64,000 bases of DNA from Candidatus Latescibacterota bacterium. Its GTDB lineage: Bacteria > Latescibacterota > UBA2968 > GCA-2709665. Below, one piece after another: positions 10,366-20,953 of this stretch. The number at the start of each line of letters is the position of its first letter. The stretch's first letter is position 1. The translations under genes and the position numbers were made by a program. The notes under the pieces are model-generated. The model was not told where the DNA came from, did not search any database, and was given only the letters and a program-made list of their open reading frames with translations. The stretch lies in the NCBI GenBank assembly GCA_963662665.2, contig CAXXJS010000025.1:64001-128000 (forward strand), given 5' to 3'.

Positions 10366-11175
10366 CTATTTCAACAGCAACATCCGCTGGGTCGCCGAAA
10401 AGTTGCCCGCCTGTATCCGATAGAGATAGACCCCGCTGGCAACGCGCCGACCCAACTCATCCGTGCCGTCCCAGGTCGTCGCGAAAAACCCTGCTTCCAT
10501 CTTTTCGTTTACCAAAACACGCACCTCCTGACCCAGCACACTGTAAATCACCAGCCGTACCCTGCCTGCCTCCGGAAGCCGATATCCGATTATCGTCGAC
10601 GGATTGAACGGATTCGGCGCGTTCCGATCCAGACCATAAGCATCGGGAAGTGGTCTTAAATCGCCGATTTCGACGTGCGCCAGCGGTTCGACCGCGCCAT
10701 CCAGGCCGACCAGCACGCTCTCCTCAACCTGAAAGTCCGACGCGGACGGCGTAACTCCCGCCCTGAATACGAGGTCCAACAGATCGCCCTCACCGCCTGC
10801 GCCCTTGCCATCGAACTTCACGGCGCCGATTTCCAATCTGCCAGGCGTCCGGTTCGTCCTCATAGAGAGCGGCTTTTGTTCGGTGCTCGAGGATAGCAAG
10901 TTGCCCGCCAAATCCATGGCTTCCAGAAATTCATACTTTTCCGCATCGTATTCCAGCAGAAAGCCGTATCCCTTCGTTTCAGTGACCTGAGAGAGGGAGA
11001 CGCGCACTCTCAGAATCTCCTTTTCTGCGGCCGGATCGTGCACCCGCGCAAGTGTCAGTTTTGCAGAGGGGTTCCGACCTCCTATAATGGTGAGGCCCTC
11101 GGTCATCTCTCCCGCCAATGCCGGTCCTGTCCATATGAGCGCCGAGCAGATGGTTGATATGAAAAGTCTCCTCAT
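10366..11175 (-). CDS. Cohesin-like domain protein with FlgD-Ig/T9SS type A sorting domain
   Basis: Signal peptide. VRVSL..KGYGFLLEYD..GEGDLLDLVF (cohesin-like). LDRNAPNPFNPST.IGY.LP..VIYSVLGQEV..WDG.D..G..VASGVYLY..RMLLLK (CTD). Confidence 0.8.
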   Translation of the reverse strand: MRRLFISTICSALIWTGPALAGEMTEGLTIIGGRNPSAKLTLARVHDPAAEKEILRVRVSLSQVTETKGYGFLLEYDAEKYEFLEAMDLAGNLLSSSTEQKPLSMRTNRTPGRLEIGAVKFDGKGAGGEGDLLDLVFRAGVTPSASDFQVEESVLVGLDGAVEPLAHVEIGDLRPLPDAYGLDRNAPNPFNPSTIIGYRLPEAGRVRLVIYSVLGQEVRVLVNEKMEAGFFATTWDGTDELGRRVASGVYLYRIQAGNFSATQRMLLLK

Positions 11176-11344
11176 GGCTGCCTCCCTGTATGTTGTCACC
11201 CGTGTGGTGACGTGTACTGCCGACAATTGAATCAGAGCACGCTCCAACGGGAATGGATAAGGATGTGGCGATGAATCGCTTCACCAACGTTGTGTGAAAT
11301 CAGGTCGTAAACTGATCTCACCAACGTAATGGACGCGTGTAGCC

Positions 11345-14300
11345 TCATCCTCCATCACCCCCCGAATCACCGCCCCCCTGCGATGACGCGTCATTCTGAA
11401 TATATCCGCTCAAGATGACCAGATCCGCGAAATTGATGGTCCCGTCGCCGTTCAGGTCCATCCTGCGGTCGAACCCGGCATCCGACGAACTCAGGCCGGA
11501 TTTTTCGTTGAGCATAGCTGCGTCGGCTGCATTGCGCGTGCCGTCGCCGTTGAAGTCGCCCGGACCGCGAGCGGTTATATCGAACGCTTCCGAGTCTGTC
11601 CGATTGTCCGCGTCGCTAACGGTGACTGTCGCGGAATGGGTTCCACGCTCCGTAATTTCACCTTCAATCAGTCCGCTCGCCGAAATCGACAGGCTCGATC
11701 CGGACGGGAGGGTCGGCGTTACGGACAAGCTATAGCGATAGGGCGAACGACCGCCAGAGACTGAAACCTGATGCGTAAACGGCACTGACACAATTTCTGT
11801 TATATCCGAAATGCTTGCAATTGTTACAGGTTCGGCCACGCTGAAGGTGAATGACGTCGATTTTGAAGTGTTATTGACGTCGGTCACTGTCACGCTGATC
11901 GTGAAACTACTGGTGGCCGTGGGTGTGCCTGAAATTCTCCCGCTCGACGAAATAGAAAGACCCGATCCCGACGACGGATTTGACGAAAGAGAATAAGTGT
12001 ATGGCGAACAACCGCCACTCTTCCCTACCGGAAACGAACTGATGGCCCTGCCCTTCGTTCCCGACTTATTCGATATTGACGAGATCGCCAGCGTCGAAGC
12101 TTCCCCCACGGTGATCGTGAAGTCCTCTTCGTCGGTACTCTCGTTCCCGTCGGTCACCTTTACCACAACCTTCGGACTGCTGCAGGCAGCCGAACTCGGT
12201 ACCGTGCCGGTGATGCTGCCCCCGGAGGAGACGCTGATCCACGACGGGCCGCTCTCCTTCGAAAACGTCTTCGTACCACACCCACCCGACGCACTGGCCG
12301 TGATCGAGATTTCATCATCCACTGCCTTCGTCACGTCTGCGATCGCTGCGACCTCCAGCGTCGAAGCTTCCCCCACGATGATCTTGAAGTCCTCGTTGTC
12401 GGTAATCCCGTTCCCGTCGGTCACCTTTACCACAACCTTCGGACTGCTGCAGGCAGCCGAACTCGGTACCGTGCCGGTGATGCTGCCCCCGGAGGAGACG
12501 CTGATCCACGACGGGCCGCTCTCCTTCGAAAACGTCTTCGTACCACACCCACCCGACGCACTGGCCGTGATCGAGATTTCATCATCCACCGCAGCCGTCA
12601 CGTCAGAGATCGATGCGATCGTCAGCGTCGAAGCTGCCCCCACTTTAATCTGGAAGTCCTCTTTGTCGGTAATCCCGTTCCCGTCGGTCACCTTTACCAC
12701 AACCTTCGGACTGCTGCAGACAGCCGAATTCGGTACCGTGCCGGTGATGCTGCCCCCGGAGGAGACGCTGATCCACGACGGGCCGCTCTCCTTCGAAAAC
12801 GTCTTCGTACCACACCCACCCGACGCACTGGCCGTGATCGAGATTCCATCATCCACCGCAGCCGTCACGTCAGAGATCGATGCGATCGTCAGCGTCGAAG
12901 CTGCCCCCACTTTAATCTGGAAGTCCTCTTTGTCGGTAATCCCGTTCCCGTCGGTCACCTTTACCACAACCTTCGGACTGCTGCAAACAGCCGTACTCGG
13001 TACCGTGCCGGTGATGCTGCCCCCGGAGGAGACGCTGATCCACGACGGGCCGCTCTCCTTCGAAAACGTCTTCGTACCACACCCACCCGACGCACTGGCC
13101 GTGATCGAGATTTCATCATCCACCGCAGCCGTCACGTCAGAGATCGATGCGATCGTCAGCGTCGAAGCTGCCCCCACTTTAATCTGGAAGTCCTCTTCGT
13201 CGGTATTCCCGTTCCCGTCGGTCACCTCTACCACAACCTTCGGACTGCTGCAGGCAGCCGAACTCGGTACCGTACCGGTGATGCTGCCGCCGGAGGAGAC
13301 GCTGATCCACGACGGTCCGCTCTTCTTCGAAAACGTCTTCGTACCACACCCACCCGACGCACTGGCCGTGATCGAGATTTCATCATCCACCGCAGCCGTC
13401 ACGTCAGAGATCGATGCGATCGTCAGCGTCGAAGCTGCCCTCACTAAAATCTTGAACTCTTCATCGTCCGTATTCCCGTTCCCGTCGGTCACCTTTACCA
13501 CAATCTTCGGACTGCTGCATCTTGCCGAACTTGGTACCGTGCCGGTGATGCTGCCCCCTGAGGCGACGCTGATCCACGACGGGCCGCTCTTCTTCGAAAA
13601 CGTCTTCGTGCCGCACCCACCCGACGCACTGGCCGTGATCGAGATTTCATCATCCACCGCAGCCGTCACGTCAGAGATCGATGCGATCGTCAGCGTCGCA
13701 CCCGGAACGGTGATCCTGAACTCTTCGTCGTCGGTATTCCCGTTCGCGTCGGTCACCTTTACCACCACCTTGGGACTATTGCATCTTGCCGAACTCGACA
13801 CTGTACCGGTAATGCTGCCCCCTGAGGAAACGCTGATCCACGAAGGGCCGCTCTTCTTCGAAAACGTCTTCGTACCGCACCCACCCGACGCACTGGCCGT
13901 GATTGAGATTGACGAGCCCGCCGCCTTCGTCACGTCAGAGATCGATGCGATCGTCAGCGTCGGGCAGGATACCGTAGGCGTGGCCTTCACCACTGATGAA
14001 TCACCGTGCGCGGATGTCGCTTTGGCGCGCAACTCGAAGGTGTATTTCCTATCGTTCGTCAGGTTCATCACCGCATGGCTCGTCGTCGTGGCGTCGCTGC
14101 CCGAGATATCGCCCCAGGTCGGCTGCGACGGGCGGGTGCCGCTGTAATGGACAAGCTGGTATACGGTAATGGCGGCATCGCCGGGGTCATCCCAATTCAG
14201 CGTCACCTTCCCGTCGCCTCCCGTCCCCCGCAGGTTGGCAGGGGCAGCGGGGAACGGCGTTGCCGTCACCTCTGACGAATCGCCCAGGGCGTCCGTCGCT

Positions 14301-17300
14301 TTCGCGCGCAGCTTGAACGTATACGCCGTCCCGTTGGTGAGACCCTCAACCGTGTGTTCCGTGGTGTTTTTGTCCGTATCGGAAACGTCGCTCCAGTCCT
14401 GAACCACGGTGGTCCCATGGCCATACTTGAGTTGGTACGCGGTAATGCCGTCGTCGCCGGGGTTATTCCAGGTCAGCGCCACCTGATTGACGCCCGCCGC
14501 GGCCTGCAGGTTGGCAGGCGCAGCGGGGTACGGCGTTGCCGTCACCTCCGACGAATCGCCCAGGGCGTCCGTCGCTTTCGCGCGCAGCTTGAACGTATAC
14601 GCCGTCCCGTTGGTGAGACCCTCAACCGTGTGTTCCGTGGTGTTCTTGTTCGTACCGGAAACGTCGCTCCAGTCCTGAACTACGGTGGTCCCATGGCCAT
14701 ACTTGAGTTGATATACGGTAATGCCCGCGTCGCCGGGGTTGTTCCAGGTCAGCGCCACCTGATTGACGCCCGCCGCGGCCTGCAGGTTGGCAGGGGCCGC
14801 AGGGTACGGCGTTGCCGTCACCTCCGACGAATCGCCGGGGGCGTCCGTTGCTTTCGCACGCAGCTTGAACGTATACGCCGTCCCGTTGGCGAGACCTTCA
14901 ACCGTGTGCTCCGTGGTGTTTTGGTCCGTATCGGAAATATCGCTCCAGTCCTGAACCAGGGTGGTCCCATGGCCATACTTGAGTTGATATACGGTGATGC
15001 CGTCGTCGGCCGGGTCGTCCCATTCCAGCGTCACCTGATTGACGCCCGCCGTGGCCAGGAGGTTGGCAGGCGCCGCGGGAAACGGCGTTGCCGACGCACT
15101 CGCCGACGGACCGGGGCCCGCCGCGTTCACGGCCCGCACCTGGAAGGTATGGAGGGCGCCGCTTGTCAATCCCTCCGCCGTATAACTCGTCGTACTGAAG
15201 TCGCTGCCGCCAATTTCCGTCCAGTCCGGATCCCACTCGGCGCCCGTCCGATATCGGTATTCGTATCCCGTGATCGTGGCGTCGTTCGGATTATCCCACG
15301 ACAGCGTCACCGTCCCGTCACCTGCTGACCCCGCCAGGTTGCCCGGCGCAGCGGGCGGCGGCGCGGGCGTGGCCGTCACGCCGGCCAACGTGCCGTTGCC
15401 ATTCGCGTTGATCGCGCGCACCTCGAACGTATACTCCGTCTCGTTGGTCAGTCCCGTCAAACGGTGGCTCGTCGTATTCGCGCCGCTGCCCCCAATGGCG
15501 GTCCAGTCCGGGTTCCACGTCATGCCCGTCCGGTATCGGTACTGGTAGCCCGTGATCGAATTGTCGTTCGCGTCATCCCACGACAACGTCACGGAGCCGT
15601 CGCCCACCAGCGCGCTCAGGTTTTCCGGCGCCGACGGCACTGCCGGCGCATCGATGGCGGCCCAGTCCGACCACGGACTCATATCCGTGCCGCGCCACGC
15701 CTTCACGCGATACACGTATCTTTCTCCCCCTTCCACGGTGCCATCCATATACGTCGTCACGTCCGCGCCCGTCGTGCCTATCTCGTGAAAAACCCCGGGA
15801 CCGTCATTCCTGGGCCATCGACGCAGGACCTCATAGCCAGTAACGAGTTCGGCATCGGCCTCCGGCGCGTCCCACGACAGCGTCACCGAACCGTCCACCA
15901 GCGCGACGCTGAGATTCCTCGGCGGCAACGCGAACGGCGTCGACGCCACAGTGGACGCCGCGCCGTCTCCCGCCGGGTTCTTCGCACGCAGCTGGATGGT
16001 ATATCGGGTCCCGTTAACCAGCCCCGTCAATCGGTGGCTCGTCGTCGTCGCGTCGCTCGCGTCGACGTCCGTCCAGTCCGGGTCCCACTCGGCCCCCGTC
16101 CGGTATCGGTACTGGTAGCCCGTGATCGTGGCGTCATCCGGGTCGTCCCACCGTAACGTCACCCGCCGGTGACCGGCCGTCGTACTCAGGTGGACAGGCG
16201 CCAGCGGCGGCGGCGCAGGCGTCGCCGTCACGCTGGACGCCGCGCCGCCGCCCGCCGCGTTGGTCGCGCGCACCTCGAAAATGTGCGCCGTCCCGTTCGT
16301 CAGGCCGGTCAGGCGGTGGCTCGCCGTACCGGCGTCGCTGCCATCGACGTCCGTCCAATCCGGGTCCCACTCGGCCCCCGTCCGGTATCGGTACTGGTAG
16401 CCCTCGATCGTGGCGTCATTCGGATCATCCCACGACAGCGTCACCGTTCCGTCGCCCACCGACGCACTCAGATTGACCGGGGCCAACGGCGGCGGCACGG
16501 GAATCGCCGCCACGGTGGCCGCCACGCCCGCGCCCGCCGTGTTCCTCGCACGTAACTGGAAGGTATACAGGGTCCCGTTCGTCAGACCCGTCGCCGTATG
16601 GCTCGTCAACGTGAAATCACTTCCCGCAATTTCGCTCCATTCAACCCCCGTCCAATCCAAAGGGTCCGACGCAACGCCTTCGATGAAACGAAACTCGTAG
16701 ACCGTGATCGTGACGTCGTTCTGATCCACCCACGACAGCGTCACCGTTCCGTCACCCACCGACACACTCTGGATGATGGGCACTGCCGGCGGTGGTATGG
16801 GCGTCGCCGTCACGCTGGCCGTCGCGCCCGCGCCCCTCACGTTTCTTGCGCGCAACTCGAACGTATACTCCGTACCGTTAGTCAAATTGGACACCCAGAG
16901 GAATGTCGTACTGGCGTCGCTGTTTTCAATCTCCCGCCACATAACCCCCGTCCAATCCGGAGGGTCCGTCCCGCCGCCTTCGGCGAAACGGAGTTCGTAG
17001 ACCGTGATCGTGGCGTCACTCGGATCGTCCCACGAAAGCGACACGGACCTGTTACCCGCCACAGCGGTCAGGTTGGCAGCACCCGCCGGCGCCGACGGCA
17101 CGTCAACGAGGACAAAGTTCGAATAACCGCTCAGCCTGTTGCCGCGACGCGCTTTCACCCGATATACAAAGGTCTCTCCCTCCAGGATGAAGGCATCCAC
17201 GTACGACGTCTCGCTGGCACCGGTCGTGGCTATTGCGTGAAAACCACCGACCGGATCCACGCTCGAGCGCCGCATGACCTGATACCCTGTAACCTTTGAC

Positions 17301-17560
17301 GCGTTCGCCGTCGGCGCGCTCCAGCTCAGCGACACCCCGGCCTCACCCAGCGTGGCCGTCAGGTCCGAAGGTGCACCCGAGCCACGCGCAGGGTCGGGCG
17401 CCCCCATCAGCAGAAGGACCGGCAGTACAAAACGCAGCGAAAAGCGACGGCGCGACCGGCAAACAACAACACCACGCAACGCATACAGCCACCACGATAC
17501 CTCGACGGGCGAAACAAACGGGCGAAAGCGCATCGTTGACCTCCACGTAATCGTTGTCAT
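11345..17560 (-). CDS. Giant surface protein: about 12 FN3 domains, about 9 Ig-like (He_PIG-type) domains and a C-terminal dockerin-like domain
   Basis: Repeated P.AP.NL..V.L.W..YQ..GL.NGT.Y.F.VRA units; Ig repeats; paired Ca-loop motifs GDFNGDG..NAAD and DLNGDGTINFADL. Exact start uncertain. Confidence 0.88.
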   Translation of the reverse strand: MTTITWRSTMRFRPFVSPVEVSWWLYALRGVVVCRSRRRFSLRFVLPVLLLMGAPDPARGSGAPSDLTATLGEAGVSLSWSAPTANASKVTGYQVMRRSSVDPVGGFHAIATTGASETSYVDAFILEGETFVYRVKARRGNRLSGYSNFVLVDVPSAPAGAANLTAVAGNRSVSLSWDDPSDATITVYELRFAEGGGTDPPDWTGVMWREIENSDASTTFLWVSNLTNGTEYTFELRARNVRGAGATASVTATPIPPPAVPIIQSVSVGDGTVTLSWVDQNDVTITVYEFRFIEGVASDPLDWTGVEWSEIAGSDFTLTSHTATGLTNGTLYTFQLRARNTAGAGVAATVAAIPVPPPLAPVNLSASVGDGTVTLSWDDPNDATIEGYQYRYRTGAEWDPDWTDVDGSDAGTASHRLTGLTNGTAHIFEVRATNAAGGGAASSVTATPAPPPLAPVHLSTTAGHRRVTLRWDDPDDATITGYQYRYRTGAEWDPDWTDVDASDATTTSHRLTGLVNGTRYTIQLRAKNPAGDGAASTVASTPFALPPRNLSVALVDGSVTLSWDAPEADAELVTGYEVLRRWPRNDGPGVFHEIGTTGADVTTYMDGTVEGGERYVYRVKAWRGTDMSPWSDWAAIDAPAVPSAPENLSALVGDGSVTLSWDDANDNSITGYQYRYRTGMTWNPDWTAIGGSGANTTSHRLTGLTNETEYTFEVRAINANGNGTLAGVTATPAPPPAAPGNLAGSAGDGTVTLSWDNPNDATITGYEYRYRTGAEWDPDWTEIGGSDFSTTSYTAEGLTSGALHTFQVRAVNAAGPGPSASASATPFPAAPANLLATAGVNQVTLEWDDPADDGITVYQLKYGHGTTLVQDWSDISDTDQNTTEHTVEGLANGTAYTFKLRAKATDAPGDSSEVTATPYPAAPANLQAAAGVNQVALTWNNPGDAGITVYQLKYGHGTTVVQDWSDVSGTNKNTTEHTVEGLTNGTAYTFKLRAKATDALGDSSEVTATPYPAAPANLQAAAGVNQVALTWNNPGDDGITAYQLKYGHGTTVVQDWSDVSDTDKNTTEHTVEGLTNGTAYTFKLRAKATDALGDSSEVTATPFPAAPANLRGTGGDGKVTLNWDDPGDAAITVYQLVHYSGTRPSQPTWGDISGSDATTTSHAVMNLTNDRKYTFELRAKATSAHGDSSVVKATPTVSCPTLTIASISDVTKAAGSSISITASASGGCGTKTFSKKSGPSWISVSSGGSITGTVSSSARCNSPKVVVKVTDANGNTDDEEFRITVPGATLTIASISDVTAAVDDEISITASASGGCGTKTFSKKSGPSWISVASGGSITGTVPSSARCSSPKIVVKVTDGNGNTDDEEFKILVRAASTLTIASISDVTAAVDDEISITASASGGCGTKTFSKKSGPSWISVSSGGSITGTVPSSAACSSPKVVVEVTDGNGNTDEEDFQIKVGAASTLTIASISDVTAAVDDEISITASASGGCGTKTFSKESGPSWISVSSGGSITGTVPSTAVCSSPKVVVKVTDGNGITDKEDFQIKVGAASTLTIASISDVTAAVDDGISITASASGGCGTKTFSKESGPSWISVSSGGSITGTVPNSAVCSSPKVVVKVTDGNGITDKEDFQIKVGAASTLTIASISDVTAAVDDEISITASASGGCGTKTFSKESGPSWISVSSGGSITGTVPSSAACSSPKVVVKVTDGNGITDNEDFKIIVGEASTLEVAAIADVTKAVDDEISITASASGGCGTKTFSKESGPSWISVSSGGSITGTVPSSAACSSPKVVVKVTDGNESTDEEDFTITVGEASTLAISSISNKSGTKGRAISSFPVGKSGGCSPYTYSLSSNPSSGSGLSISSSGRISGTPTATSSFTISVTVTDVNNTSKSTSFTFSVAEPVTIASISDITEIVSVPFTHQVSVSGGRSPYRYSLSVTPTLPSGSSLSISASGLIEGEITERGTHSATVTVSDADNRTDSEAFDITARGPGDFNGDGTRNAADAAMLNEKSGLSSSDAGFDRRMDLNGDGTINFADLVILSGYIQNDASSQGGGDSGGDGG
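12095..13960 (-). repeat. Seven near-identical ~267-bp (89-aa) intragenic tandem repeats
   Basis: GTACCACACCCACCCGACGCACTGGCCGTG recurs at 12273, 12540 and onward with 267-nt period. Confidence 0.95.
14260..15085 (-). repeat. Three near-identical 276-bp (92-aa) FN3 tandem repeats
   Basis: YQLKYGHGTT.VQDWSD..TTEHTVEGL.NGTAYTFKLRAKATDA occurs three times. Confidence 0.9.
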
Positions 17561-18131
17561 ACGCCTGACGTCAGCGTAACCGGCGGGATTATCCAGCTTT
17601 TTTCATTTCATGAGGCATCACTCTTGTTAATATACAACATTAATTGTGAATTCGTGCTGAATTATTGAGCCATATCGATGATTTTTTGATGAATTACGGC
17701 GATTTTCGCGAATTCAAACCAGCGAGGGATCACACACTTCAGCCGTTCGATGTATTTACGCCTCCACTCGGTGCCGACTATGGAACGGGGAGCACAGGGC
17801 GGCGCGTATGGCGTTGTTAGACCCGGACGGCCGGCAAGGAATCGTTCACGGGTGGAGGCCCTGTTACGCTGTAAAGACCGGTCCCGATTCAGGCGCCGCC
17901 CTCCACTCCGTACACAAAGGGACTTGCAATCCCTCCCGGTATGGTTTAGACTTGGGATGAGGGGGCTTGTGTAGCAGTGGCTCTTTGAGATTTGAACGAT
18001 ATGCGAGCGGAAGTTCGCTGTGCGGCCGGCGAATCGCAGGACCTACTTCTGGCGGGAAATGCCTGCGATTCAGGGTATGCTGCCGGCTGAGCCGTTCGAA
18101 TTCATCCCTGATCCGGAAATGGGTTTCCCCA

Positions 18132-20231
18132 ATGGTCGATCCCGCGGCGCCACGGTTGATTCTGTCTGACTGCGAACTGGATGAACTGTGCAATCGCAGC
18201 GTTTCGTCGCACGCCCGGTTCTTCAGAGCAATGGTCGAAGACCTGAAAGGCCGGTTGCCTGTCGATCCGCCCGATTCGCTCTGGGACCTGGAAGAGCCGG
18301 CGTACAGCGATATCCTCGAGATCTGTTTTTCGCTGGTGGTGAACTGCGGCATCGCCTACCATCTCACACGGGACAAACGTTGGAGCGGCCTTGCCGAACG
18401 CTGGCTGACGCGGTGGGTCGAGGTCGGCGCAGCCCACGACGAGCAGGTCAAGTCGTCCTACCTGGTGGCCTTTCACGTCATGGCACTGGCCTATGGCCTC
18501 GATCTGTTTGGAAGGGTCCTACCGGATTCGCTCGTACGTCGGTCGGTGGAAGTGTTGCGGGTCGAGGCCGGACGAATGGCTCGGCACATGGGTACCGGCG
18601 AGGCCGGCTGGAGCCGGCGATACCATTACCACGACTGCTGGGTGCCGGTCTTCGGCGCCGGCGTCGGCTGTCTGGCTCTGTTACCCTACGCTCCCGAAGC
18701 CGCGGCCTGGTTATCCACGGTGGAACGAGAGGTCGACTGCATCGTCTCCATCCAGGGTGGGGACGGTGCGTGGAATGAAGGTGTGGCTCCGTTGAATTAC
18801 GCGTTGGGGCCGATGCTGTTCTACCTGGAGGGCAGAAAACGGGTCTTCGGCGAGCGTGCGTCTAAAATTCCATGGCTGAAGGCATTGTCCCGCTGGCGGG
18901 CGTACCACCTTCTTCCCGACGAGAGCTACGTATTTCTGGACGATTCGACGCCCAGCGGCCGGTACCACGGCGAGACCGGCGGGGTTGTCGCTTTTCAACT
19001 GTACAAACTCGCGTCCGAGTTCAACGACGGCCTGGCGCAGTGGCAGGCGGAACGGGAATCCGCCCGTTCGTTCCCGAAGGATTACCACGACTGCGGCTGG
19101 AGCTTCCTGTGGTACGATCCCGGCGTTAAGGCGGAACCTCCGGACGGATTGCCGGCCGCCGCCGCCTTCCCGTCGCTGGGTCAGTTTTTCTCACGCACGG
19201 GGTTTGACAAGAACGCGTCGGTACTCAGCTTCGAGTGTACGGTTCCCGGCGGACCGCTGGCGCAGTCCCGGCTGGATTCGGGGCTTCCGATACAGACCAT
19301 AACGCAGAATAAACACGCACACTATAGAGACCGCGCTGCTTTCACGTACTTTGTAAACGGGCACTATTTCTTCAGGCCGTCCGGTTACTTTCGATTCGAC
19401 GCCGCTATGAAGAATACCCTCACGTTCGACGGGGTCGGACAGTCGGTCGAACCCAACTCCGGCGGCGAGATGGAGGGCGTGTATTGCGGCGGGAACAACG
19501 TGTATTCGGCCGCACGATGCCAGGCGGCGTGCGCGTATCCGGACGTGCCGGGTCTGACCTCCTTTGAACGGACCGTCTTGCACGCGAGGGACTGTCACGC
19601 CGCGTTCGTACTGGACCGCGTCCGGTTCTCCGGCCGAGAACCGCGTTGTGTGGAAGCCCATTTTCACGTCGGCCATGAAGTTGAAACCCGGATCGGACCG
19701 GACGGTTCGCTGCTACTGCGGACACCATCCGGACAGGCCTGCCGGTTCTATCAGGCATCTTCGCGGGCGGCGATATTCGAACGGGTGCCGCAACCGGTCG
19801 ACCCCTATTGGAGAGATTACCTGTCCGGCTACGACATCCCGCCGGAAGACCTGGAGGCGATGGATCAGGTGGACCTCCGCTTCCGGTTCGCGATGGCCGG
19901 CGAGACGTCGGTCGACGTCCTGTGGGCGATTCTGCCTCACGGCGGGGACTGCGATGTCGGACAACAGGCCGATGATTCGATGATCTCCTTCTGGTACGGG
20001 GTCCCGGGCGGTACGCCGCAACTGGTCCTGGCGCCTCCCGCGGAGGAAGTCGGCAGACCTGCCCGCGGACCGGTGCTGCCGCAGCGGCCGGAGCGGATTT
20101 TCGTGCTGGGTGGGTTGCCCGGAGGCCGGATCAGACTCGCGCTGGAGCGCCTCGACGGAGATCGGTGGGGGGCGGTACTTGGGGAAGGCCAGGACTATGA
20201 AGTGACGGCGGCCGGGACAGCTTGCCTGTAG
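18132..20231 (+). CDS. Heparinase II/III-like (DUF4962-type) lyase-fold protein
   Basis: Helical N-terminus, DGAWNEG..Y motif, FLWYDP, G.FFSRTG, H.Y.D...F, NTLTFDG.GQ and F.R.V beta-sandwich. Start set at ATG 18132. Confidence 0.65.
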   Translation: MVDPAAPRLILSDCELDELCNRSVSSHARFFRAMVEDLKGRLPVDPPDSLWDLEEPAYSDILEICFSLVVNCGIAYHLTRDKRWSGLAERWLTRWVEVGAAHDEQVKSSYLVAFHVMALAYGLDLFGRVLPDSLVRRSVEVLRVEAGRMARHMGTGEAGWSRRYHYHDCWVPVFGAGVGCLALLPYAPEAAAWLSTVEREVDCIVSIQGGDGAWNEGVAPLNYALGPMLFYLEGRKRVFGERASKIPWLKALSRWRAYHLLPDESYVFLDDSTPSGRYHGETGGVVAFQLYKLASEFNDGLAQWQAERESARSFPKDYHDCGWSFLWYDPGVKAEPPDGLPAAAAFPSLGQFFSRTGFDKNASVLSFECTVPGGPLAQSRLDSGLPIQTITQNKHAHYRDRAAFTYFVNGHYFFRPSGYFRFDAAMKNTLTFDGVGQSVEPNSGGEMEGVYCGGNNVYSAARCQAACAYPDVPGLTSFERTVLHARDCHAAFVLDRVRFSGREPRCVEAHFHVGHEVETRIGPDGSLLLRTPSGQACRFYQASSRAAIFERVPQPVDPYWRDYLSGYDIPPEDLEAMDQVDLRFRFAMAGETSVDVLWAILPHGGDCDVGQQADDSMISFWYGVPGGTPQLVLAPPAEEVGRPARGPVLPQRPERIFVLGGLPGGRIRLALERLDGDRWGAVLGEGQDYEVTAAGTACL

Positions 20232-20273
20232 AGCGTCCGCGGGCACGCCGCAGAGATCCGCATCGAATCCGAA

Positions 20274-20879
20274 TTGGAGACGGAAGCTGTGAGAATCGAA
20301 GCAGCCTGGGAAAAGAAGCAGGAGCACATTCCGGTGGTGATGGTCAGGGAAGACCTCACGGACCTCCGCGCATATCCGCTTCCCGAGGGGTACCGCCTCC
20401 GCTACTTCAGGGACGGCGAAGATCACCTCTGGGGAGAAATCGAGATTGCAGTCGCCTCGTTCGATTCCATGGATAAGGCGATGGCCTACTTTGAAAGCGA
20501 GTTCGGACCGGGCCGGGACCGGATGGAGGCCCGGTGTCATTATCTGGAGGACCCGAACGGTCAGGCGATCGGCACGAGTACGGCGTGGTACAATGACGCG
20601 TTCAACGGAAGGGACTACGGCCGCATCCACTGGATCGCCATCCGACCGGAGTATCAGGGCCGGGGACTTGCCAAACCGCTTCTGGCGGCCTCGCTTGGGC
20701 GGATAGCGGACTTCCACGATCGCGCCTACCTGACCACCCAGACCACCAGCGCACGCGCGATCAATCTGTACCTCGACTTCGGCTTTGTGCCGTTTGAGAC
20801 TTCCAGTCGGTGCGTAGCGGGCTGGACGTGGCTCGCCTCCGTCCTGGAACATCCGTCTCTCGCCAGGTACCGCGGCTGA
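20274..20879 (+). CDS. GNAT-family N-acetyltransferase
   Basis: IAIRPEYQGRGLAK (motif A) and AINLYLDFGF (motif B). Confidence 0.88.
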   Translation: METEAVRIEAAWEKKQEHIPVVMVREDLTDLRAYPLPEGYRLRYFRDGEDHLWGEIEIAVASFDSMDKAMAYFESEFGPGRDRMEARCHYLEDPNGQAIGTSTAWYNDAFNGRDYGRIHWIAIRPEYQGRGLAKPLLAASLGRIADFHDRAYLTTQTTSARAINLYLDFGFVPFETSSRCVAGWTWLASVLEHPSLARYRG

Positions 20880-20953
20880 CCGGTTAACGGACGGGGCGCT
20901 CACTGACGCTGATATTGGAAATTGCATCGCTCATCTTCATGGAGACTCCCCGG

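Noticed and set aside
12095-13960. CRISPR array
   Set aside because: The repeats are 267-bp in-frame coding units without unique spacers, and there are no cas genes.
11997-14147. 716-aa plus-strand repetitive ORF
   Set aside because: Antisense shadow of the Ig repeats; the minus frame has coherent domains.
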